NCBI GenBank assembly: GCA_905235395.1 | Contig: CAJOLN010000001.1 | Span: forward strand, 567 to 64,566 | DNA from: an uncultured Synergistales bacterium | GTDB taxonomy: Bacteria; Synergistota; Synergistia; Synergistales; Aminobacteriaceae | DNA length: 64,000 nt | Direction of reading: 5' to 3' | In this document: in pieces, positions 37,518-46,374 of the stretch | Layout of the letters: every line of letters starts with the position of its first letter | Numbering within the stretch: the stretch's first letter is position 1 | Made by a program: the position numbers and the translations under genes | Notes under the pieces: model-generated | What the model was told of the DNA's origin: nothing | Database searches by the model: none | What the model saw: the letters and a program-made list of their open reading frames with translations, nothing else

Positions 37518-38096
37518 ATGAAGAAACTTGAACGTAAATTTTATATCAGAGACGTTAATCTTGTTGCGCGAGATTTAATCGGAAAAATTCTTGTGCATGA
37601 ATCAAATGAAGGTATCACTTCGGGAATCATAATTGAGACTGAAGCATACAAAGGCCCGGAGGATAAAGCTGCTCACACATACAATAACAGGAGAACGGAA
37701 CGAACAGAGATTCAATTTCATGAAGGAGGATATGTTTACGTGTATATGATTTACGGAATGCATTATTGTTTTAACATCACGGTTAATACTCCTGATAAAC
37801 CCGAAGCTGTTTTGATTCGTGCGTTAGAACCTCATGAAGGAATCGAACTCATGAAAGCCAGACGAAAAACTGAATCGCTAAGAAATCTATGCAATGGGCC
37901 GGGCAAATTGTGCTGTGCAATGGGAATAACGAAAATGCATTATGGAATCGATTTATGCGGAGATAAATTGTATCTGCTTGATGATGAACGTCCTGCTCCA
38001 GTGATAATGACTTCACCGAGAATCAATATTGATTATGCAGAGGAGTACGCCTCAATGAAATGGAGATATGTGGCCAGCAATGACACTGACCACTGA
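37518..38096 (+). CDS. mpg: DNA-3-methyladenine glycosylase (Mpg/AAG family)
   Basis: IIIETEAYKGPEDKAAH, YVYMIYGMHYCFNI and VLIRALEP motifs. Confidence 0.85.
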   Translation: MKKLERKFYIRDVNLVARDLIGKILVHESNEGITSGIIIETEAYKGPEDKAAHTYNNRRTERTEIQFHEGGYVYVYMIYGMHYCFNITVNTPDKPEAVLIRALEPHEGIELMKARRKTESLRNLCNGPGKLCCAMGITKMHYGIDLCGDKLYLLDDERPAPVIMTSPRINIDYAEEYASMKWRYVASNDTDH

Positions 38097-38104
38097 CTGC
38101 AAAA

Positions 38105-38746
38105 CTATTTTGGTTCTTTTCCCCAGAGTCCTCTCTTTGCTTCTCTTGCTTCCCTCTGGAAATGCACAAAGAGATTTGAATATCTGGAGTTCGGCTGAAT
38201 CGTCATGAGCTGTGCGTAACCGTCAAGCAATAACTTTGCGTTGAACATGTATTTTCGTATTGCTTTCTCATCATCGAGGTCTTTCTTGCTGGGTTCTTTC
38301 AGCCATACATACGCGAGCATTCTGTCATATCTGTCTTTTGTACCTACGTCAGTCTGAAGCCAAACGATTTTATCTGTGAGTTGTGCTTTAGTGAAATCGC
38401 TTGCCTCTTTGCCGTAAAACTGAACGGGTTTATTTGGATGAACTGTTTCTGGAGTATCGACACCTAAGAAGCGAACACGTTCTTTCTGATACTTGCTGCC
38501 GTCATCAAATTCAAATGATACTATTGCTGTATCACCGTCAACTACACGTAATATCTTGGCCTTGTAGACGGTATTGCGTCTGAGTTCGAGAGTTTCGAGA
38601 GCATTCGGGCCTTTGTGATAATGATACTCGCCTGTCTCTTTATCATAATGTCCTCCGTTTTTGTCGAGCTTTCCGGGATGAGCGAATGAGACTGACGATA
38701 AGGCCAGTACAACGAGAACTGCAAGAATGAATTTTAACTTACGCAT
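38105..38746 (-). CDS. Secreted thermonuclease paralog with an N-terminal YHYH motif
   Basis: Has a signal peptide and GGHYDKETGEYHYH, then VVDGDTAIV...RVRFLGVDTPETVHPNKPVQFYGKEAS...DRYDRMLAYVW. The DNA is recognisably similar to 26790-27368. Confidence 0.85.
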   Translation of the reverse strand: MRKLKFILAVLVVLALSSVSFAHPGKLDKNGGHYDKETGEYHYHKGPNALETLELRRNTVYKAKILRVVDGDTAIVSFEFDDGSKYQKERVRFLGVDTPETVHPNKPVQFYGKEASDFTKAQLTDKIVWLQTDVGTKDRYDRMLAYVWLKEPSKKDLDDEKAIRKYMFNAKLLLDGYAQLMTIQPNSRYSNLFVHFQREAREAKRGLWGKEPK

Positions 38747-38772
38747 TGATGAATCAAATCCTTTCTGTGAAA

Positions 38773-39543
38773 TTAGAAAACTAAATCATAAATTACCCGC
38801 ACAAAAAATAATGCGAGCACTATTAGTATAACAGGCCGTACAGTTTTAGCTCCTCCCTTCTCAAAGAATCTTGCGCCGATGTAATTTCCCATTATGCTGA
38901 AAATTCCTGCCGTAACTCCCATTTGCCATATGACTTTACCATTGAAGAAATACACAACGACAGCCGCAAAGTTTGTCGCAAAATTAATCGCCTTCGCAAC
39001 ACCGTTAGCCTTCTGCACACTCAGTCTCGCTGCACCAGCCATGAGCAGCAACATGAATGTACCAGCACCAGGCCCGTAGAAGCCGTCGTAGAATCCCGTA
39101 CAGAACGCAACAACCACACACACAATGTATGTTCGTGTCGTAATGTCATCATGAGTGTCCCGTTCCTCGGTGAGCAAATTTTGACTCTTGAAAACGTAAT
39201 ATGCAGTTACAGGAAGAATAACGAGCATTAGAATCTTGAATGCATAATCGCTTATGAGTAATGCTGTCTGTGCTCCTAGTGATGAACCCGTGAGTGCGAA
39301 GACAATTCCGAAGAGTGAAAGTTTCAGGGGCATATAACCGTCTCTCATGAACTTTGTGAATGCTATTGATGTTCCCATTACGGAACTTACTTTGTTGGTG
39401 CCCATTGCGAAGTGTACAGGAAAGCCTGCAATCATGAAAGCAGGAAGAGTAATTAAACCTCCGCCTCCTCCTATTGCGTCAATGACTCCTCCGATGAAGA
39501 CTAGCGGGCAAATGATAAATAGCTGTGAAAAATGCCAATCCAA
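38773..39543 (-). CDS. TSUP (TauE/SafE) family anion exporter
   Basis: 256-aa polytopic protein with duplicated GGGGG-containing halves. Confidence 0.7.
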   Translation of the reverse strand: MDWHFSQLFIICPLVFIGGVIDAIGGGGGLITLPAFMIAGFPVHFAMGTNKVSSVMGTSIAFTKFMRDGYMPLKLSLFGIVFALTGSSLGAQTALLISDYAFKILMLVILPVTAYYVFKSQNLLTEERDTHDDITTRTYIVCVVVAFCTGFYDGFYGPGAGTFMLLLMAGAARLSVQKANGVAKAINFATNFAAVVVYFFNGKVIWQMGVTAGIFSIMGNYIGARFFEKGGAKTVRPVILIVLALFFVRVIYDLVF

Positions 39544-39637
39544 TTTTTAAATCTCCTGCATGATCATGATAAAATTTTCTGAGTTTCAAAATACAACACT
39601 CATTTAATTTTGTACAGAATACAAGGAGTGATGATTA

Positions 39638-40843
39638 ATGCGCATACTTCACACATCAGACATTCACACAGGCAGAAGACTTAAAGAACATGAACGCACA
39701 GAAGAATTCCAAAAATTTTTTTGCTGGCTCGAATCTCAAATTGTGAATCAAAACATTGATACGCTGCTCATATCCGGCGATATATTCGACAATACCACAC
39801 CTTCAGTTACAGCTCAGAACATCTATTACTCATTCTTAGCCCGCATAGCAAACTCTTCACTCAGGCACACGGTCATAATATCAGGCAATCATGATTCACC
39901 TTCATTCATTGACGCACCTTCAGACATTCTCAAACTCTGCAAAATTCATGTTATAGGCCAGGCATGTGATAACCCTGAAGACGAAGTGATACCCCTTTAT
40001 GATTCCGAAGGCAGGCTTGAATTAATTGTGTGTGCAGTTCCATTCCTGAGAGACAAAGACGTTAGGAAAGTTAGTGCTGAAGATTCATTCAGTGATATAG
40101 ACAGGGCATTACAGGCCGGCATAAAGAATCACTATGAACGAGTATTTGAACATGCAAGAAGTTTGCGAGGTGATAATGACATTCCAATAATAGCAATGGG
40201 TCATTTGTTCCTGAAAAACGGAAAGACACGTGAAGGTGACGGTGTACGTTCGCTTTATGTAGGGACATCTGTTGAAATTGGAAGCGATATATTCTCTGAG
40301 GACATTGCATATACTGCACTGGGTCATCTTCATTCATCGCAGAGCATAGGGCGAGAGAATATACGTTACAGCGGATCACCAATTGCAATGGGATTTAGTG
40401 AGGCAGAACAAAAAAAGAGCGTGAGCATAATTGAATTTGAAGGAAGAAATTTCGTGAGCGTTAATGAGATTCGTGTTCCTGTTTTTCAGAGGCTTGAAAG
40501 AATTTCAGGAAGCATTGAAGAAATTGAATCCCAAATATCAAAACTTGGCCTTGAAAACGAATCAATATGGCTTGAAGTTACACACAAGGGAGAATTAGAA
40601 ATGAATCTTCAGGAAAGAGTAAATGAATGTGCGAAGATTTATCCCAACATTGAAATTATGAGCCTCTATGATGAAAGCAAAAGCACAAATGGGAATACTG
40701 TTGATGTTCCAAATCTTGAAAGCATAACTCCTGATGAAATGCTGAAACTATGTTTTGATTTCAACAACACGCCTGAAGAACAGAGAGAAAAATTTATTCC
40801 GCTGTATCACGAAATATTGAGGAGTCTGGAGGTTGATTACTAG
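39638..40843 (+). CDS. sbcD: Exonuclease SbcD (Mre11 family)
   Basis: MRILHTSDIHTG, SGDIFD and GNHDS phosphoesterase motifs. Confidence 0.85.
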   Translation: MRILHTSDIHTGRRLKEHERTEEFQKFFCWLESQIVNQNIDTLLISGDIFDNTTPSVTAQNIYYSFLARIANSSLRHTVIISGNHDSPSFIDAPSDILKLCKIHVIGQACDNPEDEVIPLYDSEGRLELIVCAVPFLRDKDVRKVSAEDSFSDIDRALQAGIKNHYERVFEHARSLRGDNDIPIIAMGHLFLKNGKTREGDGVRSLYVGTSVEIGSDIFSEDIAYTALGHLHSSQSIGRENIRYSGSPIAMGFSEAEQKKSVSIIEFEGRNFVSVNEIRVPVFQRLERISGSIEEIESQISKLGLENESIWLEVTHKGELEMNLQERVNECAKIYPNIEIMSLYDESKSTNGNTVDVPNLESITPDEMLKLCFDFNNTPEEQREKFIPLYHEILRSLEVDY

Positions 40844-40844
40844 C

Positions 40845-43436
40845 ATGAAGATATTAGACATACGATTGAAGAATTTGAATTCATTGCGCGGAGAATGGCA
40901 CATAGACTTAACGAACAGAGAATACACTTCAGAAGGAATATTTGCGATAACTGGCCCAACTGGTGCAGGCAAAACTACAATCTTTGACGCTGTATGTCTC
41001 GCACTTTACGCGCAAACTCCCAGACTTGGACGTATAGGCGGACAGTCAAATGAAATCATGTCTAAGCACACGAAAGAATGTTACGCTCAGGTAGTGTTCG
41101 AGACATGCGGAGAGAAATATATATGCTCATGGAGACAGAACAAACTCGGCAAAAATTCTCAGCTTCAGACAGCTAAACATGTACTCTCTCATTATTCTGG
41201 TGAAATAATCTCAGCACAGAAACTCAGCACAACATTGCAGGAAGTTGAACGCATAACAGGAATGAACTTCAAGCAATTCACTCAGGCAATGATGCTCGAA
41301 CAAGGCGGCTTTGACGCGTTCCTCAGTGCAAGTTCAGGGGAACGTTCAAAAATTCTTGAGCTGATCACTGGAACAGAAATATACGGAAGAATATCAACTG
41401 AAGTGTACGAGCGTACATCAAGGGAAGAACGAAAACTTGATGACATAAAAATACGAATTGATTCAATGAAGCCTAATGATGATTTCGGAAGTGATGAAGA
41501 AATTCACGCTGAACTTTCGAGACTTCAGGCTGAACAAGAGAGTCTGACATCAAAGCATAAGGCCATGAAAGAAGCTATAGATTGGCTGAGAGGAATTCAA
41601 AGGCTCAAAAATGATCGTGAAAGCAATAACAGAGATGAAATTGAACTCATGAAACGCATTGATATGTTCAGCAGTGACAATGCGAAACTTGAAGCTGCAT
41701 TACGAGCAAATGAGATTATTGCATTTCACAGAGAATTGAACGAAAGACGAAGAAGATTTGAAACACTCAGCAGGAAATATGAAGTATACAAACGCGACCT
41801 TATGAAAAGCACAGCAGAACTCTCAGACATAGAGACAGGTAAGATGAATGAACTTGAAATTGAACTTAAACGCATAAGACGCGATACAACAGAATCTCCA
41901 GAGGCAATAAGAAGCGAAATCGAATCACTGATAAAAATTTTCGAGGAGAGAAAAGAGGAAGCATTGAAAGCAGGAGAGGAAAAAGCAAAAATTCAATTAT
42001 CTCTTCAAACTGCACAGGCAAAATTTCAAACTGCTGATGAAAAATACAAAGCTGTACTCGATCATTATGAAGAAGCTGTGTTAGGCAAAGCAAGAATGAA
42101 TCTGAAACCTGGCGAACCATGCCCTGTATGCGGATCTGTTGAACACCCTGCGGTAAATCACGTTAATCCTCAAAGTGAATCTGAAAGCATAAGGCCAAGT
42201 TTTGAAGCAGTGAGCAAAGAGGTTAGAATTGCACAGTCAGAATACACGATGTACAGGACGCAGTATGAGAAGTGCATAAAGGATTTTGAATCGAAGAGTA
42301 ATCTTGCAGAGACAGCAAAGAGAGCAGTTTTTAAAGCATGTGAACCTCTTGGCATATTCGATATGGTCTCGTCAAAGGATGCCCGTGATCGCGTAAGAGC
42401 GTGGGCAAATGCAGTGCGAAAACTTGAGGACGATATAGAAAGTATGAGGCAACAAATGCTAAAACTTAGGCCTAAGATTGAGGAATTGCAGAAATATCTA
42501 AATGATAATGCTGCTGAACTTGAAATTCTGAAGAGCGAGCTTGAATGTTTAGAGAGCGATTTCAAAATCAAACTTGCGGAGAAAAATTTTGCTGACGAGA
42601 ATCAATTCAAGGCATCAATACTCAGTGACAATGAGCTGAAAAAACTTCAGGACAGGAAGCAGTATCTTGAAGACAACAAGCGCAGACTAGAAGCATTAAA
42701 AAATAATATCATTGAGAAATTGAATACTGAAGAAGCAAAAGCAATAACTCAGCAGACACTTGAAGAATTGAATCCCCTGTTTGATGAAGACGAACGTATC
42801 ATTGCATTCATTCAGAAGAAGACAGGTGCACTTGAGGCGACAATAGATTCGAGGAGAAGACTTAAAGCTGAACTTGAAGAATTGAACGAGAAATATAAAT
42901 TGCAGGCAGTAATATATTCTGACTGGTCAGCACTGAATGAGTTAATCGGCAACAAGAACGGCAACAGATACAGAATATTTGCCCAGCGCGTAACACTCGG
43001 AATGATGATAAACCTTGCGAACATTCAGCTTTCAAAACTCAGCGGAAGATACGAACTCATAGCGGACACAAAAGAGAATGAATTAGAACTCAGTGTGAGA
43101 GACAGAGAACAGGCAAATGCAATTCGACCTACAAGTAATTTATCAGGCGGTGAAAGATTCATTATCAGTCTTGCACTTGCGCTTGGACTTTCTCAATTAT
43201 CAGGCAGTAAGGCACGTGTTGATTCATTATTTCTTGATGAAGGATTCGGTTCACTCGATGACGAAGCACTTAGCACAGCACTGGAAGCACTTGGTGAAGT
43301 TCGCAGAGAGGGACGCATGATAGGGATCATATCGCATGTTCAGGCACTGAAGGAAAGAATAGCGGCACAGATTAATGTTATTCCCAAGCGGGAAGGAACA
43401 AGCATAATAGAAGGGCCAGGCTGCACAGGAAAATGA
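40845..43436 (+). CDS. sbcC: Exonuclease SbcC (Rad50-like SMC ATPase)
   Basis: Walker A GPTGAGKTT, a long coiled coil with the central zinc hook CPVCGS, the signature LSGGERF and Walker B LFLDEGFGSLD. Confidence 0.85.
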   Translation: MKILDIRLKNLNSLRGEWHIDLTNREYTSEGIFAITGPTGAGKTTIFDAVCLALYAQTPRLGRIGGQSNEIMSKHTKECYAQVVFETCGEKYICSWRQNKLGKNSQLQTAKHVLSHYSGEIISAQKLSTTLQEVERITGMNFKQFTQAMMLEQGGFDAFLSASSGERSKILELITGTEIYGRISTEVYERTSREERKLDDIKIRIDSMKPNDDFGSDEEIHAELSRLQAEQESLTSKHKAMKEAIDWLRGIQRLKNDRESNNRDEIELMKRIDMFSSDNAKLEAALRANEIIAFHRELNERRRRFETLSRKYEVYKRDLMKSTAELSDIETGKMNELEIELKRIRRDTTESPEAIRSEIESLIKIFEERKEEALKAGEEKAKIQLSLQTAQAKFQTADEKYKAVLDHYEEAVLGKARMNLKPGEPCPVCGSVEHPAVNHVNPQSESESIRPSFEAVSKEVRIAQSEYTMYRTQYEKCIKDFESKSNLAETAKRAVFKACEPLGIFDMVSSKDARDRVRAWANAVRKLEDDIESMRQQMLKLRPKIEELQKYLNDNAAELEILKSELECLESDFKIKLAEKNFADENQFKASILSDNELKKLQDRKQYLEDNKRRLEALKNNIIEKLNTEEAKAITQQTLEELNPLFDEDERIIAFIQKKTGALEATIDSRRRLKAELEELNEKYKLQAVIYSDWSALNELIGNKNGNRYRIFAQRVTLGMMINLANIQLSKLSGRYELIADTKENELELSVRDREQANAIRPTSNLSGGERFIISLALALGLSQLSGSKARVDSLFLDEGFGSLDDEALSTALEALGEVRREGRMIGIISHVQALKERIAAQINVIPKREGTSIIEGPGCTGK

Positions 43437-43490
43437 AAGCTGTTGTAAAATTACGAACATAAAATTTTAACTGAGGAGTTGAATCTCATC

Positions 43491-44720
43491 ATGAAGAAAA
43501 TGTCCCTCCTTTTGAAAATCTCAATCGGTTTTGTTCTCGGAATCATTTTCGGTTTCGCTATCGGCCCTGTCGTTGAGAGTTCCACAGTCCTTAGCACTTA
43601 CGTCATGCCCTTCATTGATCTCATCGGCAAAATATTTCTCAGGCTCTTAATGATGCTCATCGTTCCGTTAGTCTTTTCTTCTCTTGTTGCAGGTGCGGCA
43701 TCAGTCGGAGATGTTCACAAGCTCGGACGCATAGGTATCAAGACACTTGCACTCTATCTCATCACAACGGCAGTTGCAATCATAATAGGGCTTGCATGCG
43801 GAAATATTTTCAATGCAGGAGCAGGAATGAACATTCCCGCAGGACTTCAGGCAAGTGCAAGGGAAGCAAAACCTCTCGTTGATGTTATTCTCGATATCTT
43901 CCCAACGAATCCAATTGCCTCAATGGTGAATGCCAACATGTTGCAGATAATCGTGTTCGCATTATTCTTCGGTATCGCGTGCATACTCGCGGGTGAAAGA
44001 GGCAGGAAAGTTGCAGATTTCTTCGAGAGCGTTGCAAATGTCATGTACTCAGTTACGCATATCGTAATGAATTTTGCTCCTTATGGTGTCTTCGCATTAA
44101 TCTCAATCACTGCGACCAAGTTCGGATTTTCGATTCTTGCTCCGTTTGCGAAGATCATAGCTGCTGTTTACATTGGCTGTGCGATTCATGCGATCCTCAT
44201 CTATTCAACTATGGTTGGAATGTTCTGCAAGAGATCTCCTATGTGGTATTTCAGGGGCATTCGTGAATCTGCAATTACGGCATTCGTTACGCGTTCAAGC
44301 TCTGGTTCTCTTCCTGTTACTCTCTCAAACGTCCGCGATAATTTAGGCGTATCTGAAGGAGTGAGTTCATTCGTTCTTCCATTGGGTGCGACAATCAACA
44401 TGGATGGCACAGCATTGTATCAGGGAGTATGCGCGTTATTCGTTGCACAGGCTTTCAATGTTCCTCTTACGCTTCAAATGCAGCTTGGCATAGTCATTAC
44501 TGCTACCCTTGCTTCAGTCGGTACAGCCGGTGTTCCCGGTGCAGGTTTAATCATGCTCACACTCGTTCTCACAAGCGTAGGGCTTCCCATTGAGGGCATT
44601 GCACTTCTCGCGGGCATAGATGTAGTTCTTGATGCGGCTCGTACATGCGTAAACGTAATGGGCGATACGGCAGTGTGTGCTGTAGTTGCGTCTACTGAAG
44701 GCGAAGATTTGAATGTTTGA
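43491..44720 (+). CDS. Dicarboxylate/amino acid:cation symporter (DAACS, GltP/SstT-like)
   Basis: TRSSSGSLP and NMDGTALYQG motifs. The ATG at 43491 follows GAGGAG. Confidence 0.8.
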   Translation: MKKMSLLLKISIGFVLGIIFGFAIGPVVESSTVLSTYVMPFIDLIGKIFLRLLMMLIVPLVFSSLVAGAASVGDVHKLGRIGIKTLALYLITTAVAIIIGLACGNIFNAGAGMNIPAGLQASAREAKPLVDVILDIFPTNPIASMVNANMLQIIVFALFFGIACILAGERGRKVADFFESVANVMYSVTHIVMNFAPYGVFALISITATKFGFSILAPFAKIIAAVYIGCAIHAILIYSTMVGMFCKRSPMWYFRGIRESAITAFVTRSSSGSLPVTLSNVRDNLGVSEGVSSFVLPLGATINMDGTALYQGVCALFVAQAFNVPLTLQMQLGIVITATLASVGTAGVPGAGLIMLTLVLTSVGLPIEGIALLAGIDVVLDAARTCVNVMGDTAVCAVVASTEGEDLNV

Positions 44721-44757
44721 CGTAAATTTTATCGCATGATAGAATTCTGACGTTTTA

Positions 44758-44835
44758 CGGGACGTAGCGCAGTCTGGCGAGCGCGCATGGTTCGGGTCCA
44801 TGAGGCCGGAGGTTCAAATCCTCTCGTCCCGACCA
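44758..44835 (+). tRNA. tRNA-Pro (anticodon CGG), CCA encoded
   Basis: Folded by hand: acceptor CGGGACG/CGTCCCG, D stem GCGC/GCGC, anticodon stem CATGG/CCATG with loop TTCGGGT, T arm GGAGG-TTCAAAT-CCTCT, discriminator A, CCA. Confidence 0.9.
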
Positions 44836-44856
44836 GAATATAAGAAAAGATAATGA

Positions 44857-44896
44857 GAGTCGAAGATACTTTGAAGAAATCTTCGGCTCTTTTTTT
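44857..44896 (+). terminator. Intrinsic terminator after tRNA-Pro
   Basis: Stem GAGTCGAAGAT / ATCTTCGGCTC followed by a run of 7 T. Confidence 0.7.
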
Positions 44897-44964
44897 GAAT
44901 CTCTTCACAAAAAAAGAAACCCCGCAAAGTTTTTATGCTCTGCGAGGCTTTTTTTGTTTTTGTC

Positions 44965-45780
44965 TTACTTCTTTCTTATGTGAAAATATTTCGTCCAGTC
45001 GTAATATGAATCAGAAAGTATTACCCCTTTAGGTACGTCTGGCTGTACTCCTTCTCCCATTCTGACCTGGAACCAGAAAACTACATCTGCTCTTCCTGAT
45101 GTTAAAGCTGCTGCTCTTGCTCCAGCGTTAATATTAAAAAGCTCGATGTTAATTTTAAGACGTTTTCCTATCTCCGCTAGTATCGCCGTATTGAATCCCG
45201 CAGGTGTTCCGTCTGCCGCTATGAAATCTATCGGCGGAAGATCTCCAGTAACTGCTATTTTGATTGTCTCTGCTCCGTCAAATTTTTGAAATTCAGCAGG
45301 CTTAGGCATATTTATTCCGGGATTAACAAGATACTCAGCGTGAAGAAGTGCAAGTGTCTTATCTTCCTTCATGGCCTTCAATGCCTCGTTGAACTTTGCA
45401 CACAGAGTTTCGCCTCTTTTCTCCTTGAAGCCGAATGCAAAATATACTGGTTTTGATATTGCCACTGCCGCAACCGAATAATCACTGTTTGTGTTGATGA
45501 CATATTCACCGACAGCTTCAGGAAGGTCTATCTCATCAACTGCGCCTTTGTTCAGTGCCATCTGCATTTCAATCAGCGAATCATAAAACACAAAAATTGC
45601 CGGTTCTCTGTTGCTTGCAGAAAACAATGTCCACAGCCCTGAAGACAATGCAGCATCCATATATGTCTGGAACTCTGCCTGTGTCATGTTTAGCTGTGTT
45701 AGAAGACCAACATTGACATCAGCATATGACGCACCCACAAAACACGTGAGCATAACTAAAACGCACAAAAACTTTTTCAT
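44965..45780 (-). CDS. Family-3 solute-binding protein with circularly permuted domain order
   Basis: Has the signal peptide MKKFLCVLVMLTCFVGASYA. The segment that is normally C-terminal (ALNKGAVDEIDLPE...FAFGFKEK...LKAMKEDKTLALLHAEYL) comes first. The normally N-terminal segment (IKIAVTGDLPPIDF...GFNTAILAEIGKRL...ALTSGRADVV) comes second. Confidence 0.65.
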   Translation of the reverse strand: MKKFLCVLVMLTCFVGASYADVNVGLLTQLNMTQAEFQTYMDAALSSGLWTLFSASNREPAIFVFYDSLIEMQMALNKGAVDEIDLPEAVGEYVINTNSDYSVAAVAISKPVYFAFGFKEKRGETLCAKFNEALKAMKEDKTLALLHAEYLVNPGINMPKPAEFQKFDGAETIKIAVTGDLPPIDFIAADGTPAGFNTAILAEIGKRLKINIELFNINAGARAAALTSGRADVVFWFQVRMGEGVQPDVPKGVILSDSYYDWTKYFHIRKK

Positions 45781-45886
45781 TATAAAAAACACCTTCTTGT
45801 TAGATTTATTGTGTTTATTGTACAACACAATTCTTTTCAGAAGGTGATAAAAAGTTTTCTTATGTGTGTCTTAGAACAAAAAACAA

Positions 45887-45938
45887 AATCCTCCTGTGTA
45901 AATTTTTTTTTTGCTTAAAACTTTACACTCAGAGGATT
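45887..45938 (-). terminator. Strong hairpin terminator directly after the precursor-peptide gene
   Basis: Arms are 45887-45902 (AATCCTCCTGTGTAAA) and 45922-45938 (TTTACACTCAGAGGATT). The minus strand continues with TTGTTTTTTG. Confidence 0.6.
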
Positions 45939-45954
45939 CTATTCACAAATTAAT

Positions 45955-46146
45955 TTAGCAAAGTTCGGGGTGACATTGCTTCATGTGAACGTTAAGTTCT
46001 GACATTCTTGTGGACTCGAAAGCGCAACCTGCTACGGGGCACTTGGCCATAAGTCTTGATATATCAAAACCGCCGCTGATGCTGTACATCATTTCTTCCG
46101 TAAGCTCATTCTCCAATTGTACTTCTGATTTCTTTTTTCTTGGCAT
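45955..46146 (-). CDS. Double-glycine-leader precursor peptide (bacteriocin or signal-peptide-like) with a Cys/His-rich core
   Basis: MPRKKKSEVQLENELTEEMMYSISGG|FDISRLMAKCPVAGCAFESTRMSELNVHMKQCHPELC. The leader fits LSxxELxxIxGG. The gene lies divergent from an operon encoding a C39-peptidase ABC exporter. Confidence 0.6.
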   Translation of the reverse strand: MPRKKKSEVQLENELTEEMMYSISGGFDISRLMAKCPVAGCAFESTRMSELNVHMKQCHPELC

Positions 46147-46374
46147 GATATCTTCACATCCTTTCTCAACTTCTTATTTTTTTTTTGTAGATTCAAAACG
46201 TAATAAGTTTACAACAATTGTACATTCTTTTCAAATGTTTTTCTATTAAAAAACAAAATTCTCAGTTAAAATTTTTTATATATAAACAAAAATTCATTAT
46301 TAAATTGATATTTCGTTTCAGCAATTGTAAAATACATGCAATAGTTAAAACACAAGGGGGCTTGTAATACTTTG

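Noticed and set aside
39638-43436. SbcCD as a component of a phage-defence system
   Set aside because: This is the canonical two-gene sbcD-sbcC arrangement with standard motifs. It is flanked by transport and housekeeping genes, and nothing suggests a specialised defence module.
44836-45000. Integrative element boundary (att site) at tRNA-Pro
   Set aside because: There is no integrase or recombinase in the window, and I could not spot a direct repeat of the tRNA 3' end downstream. It is kept only as a low-confidence locus-level remark.
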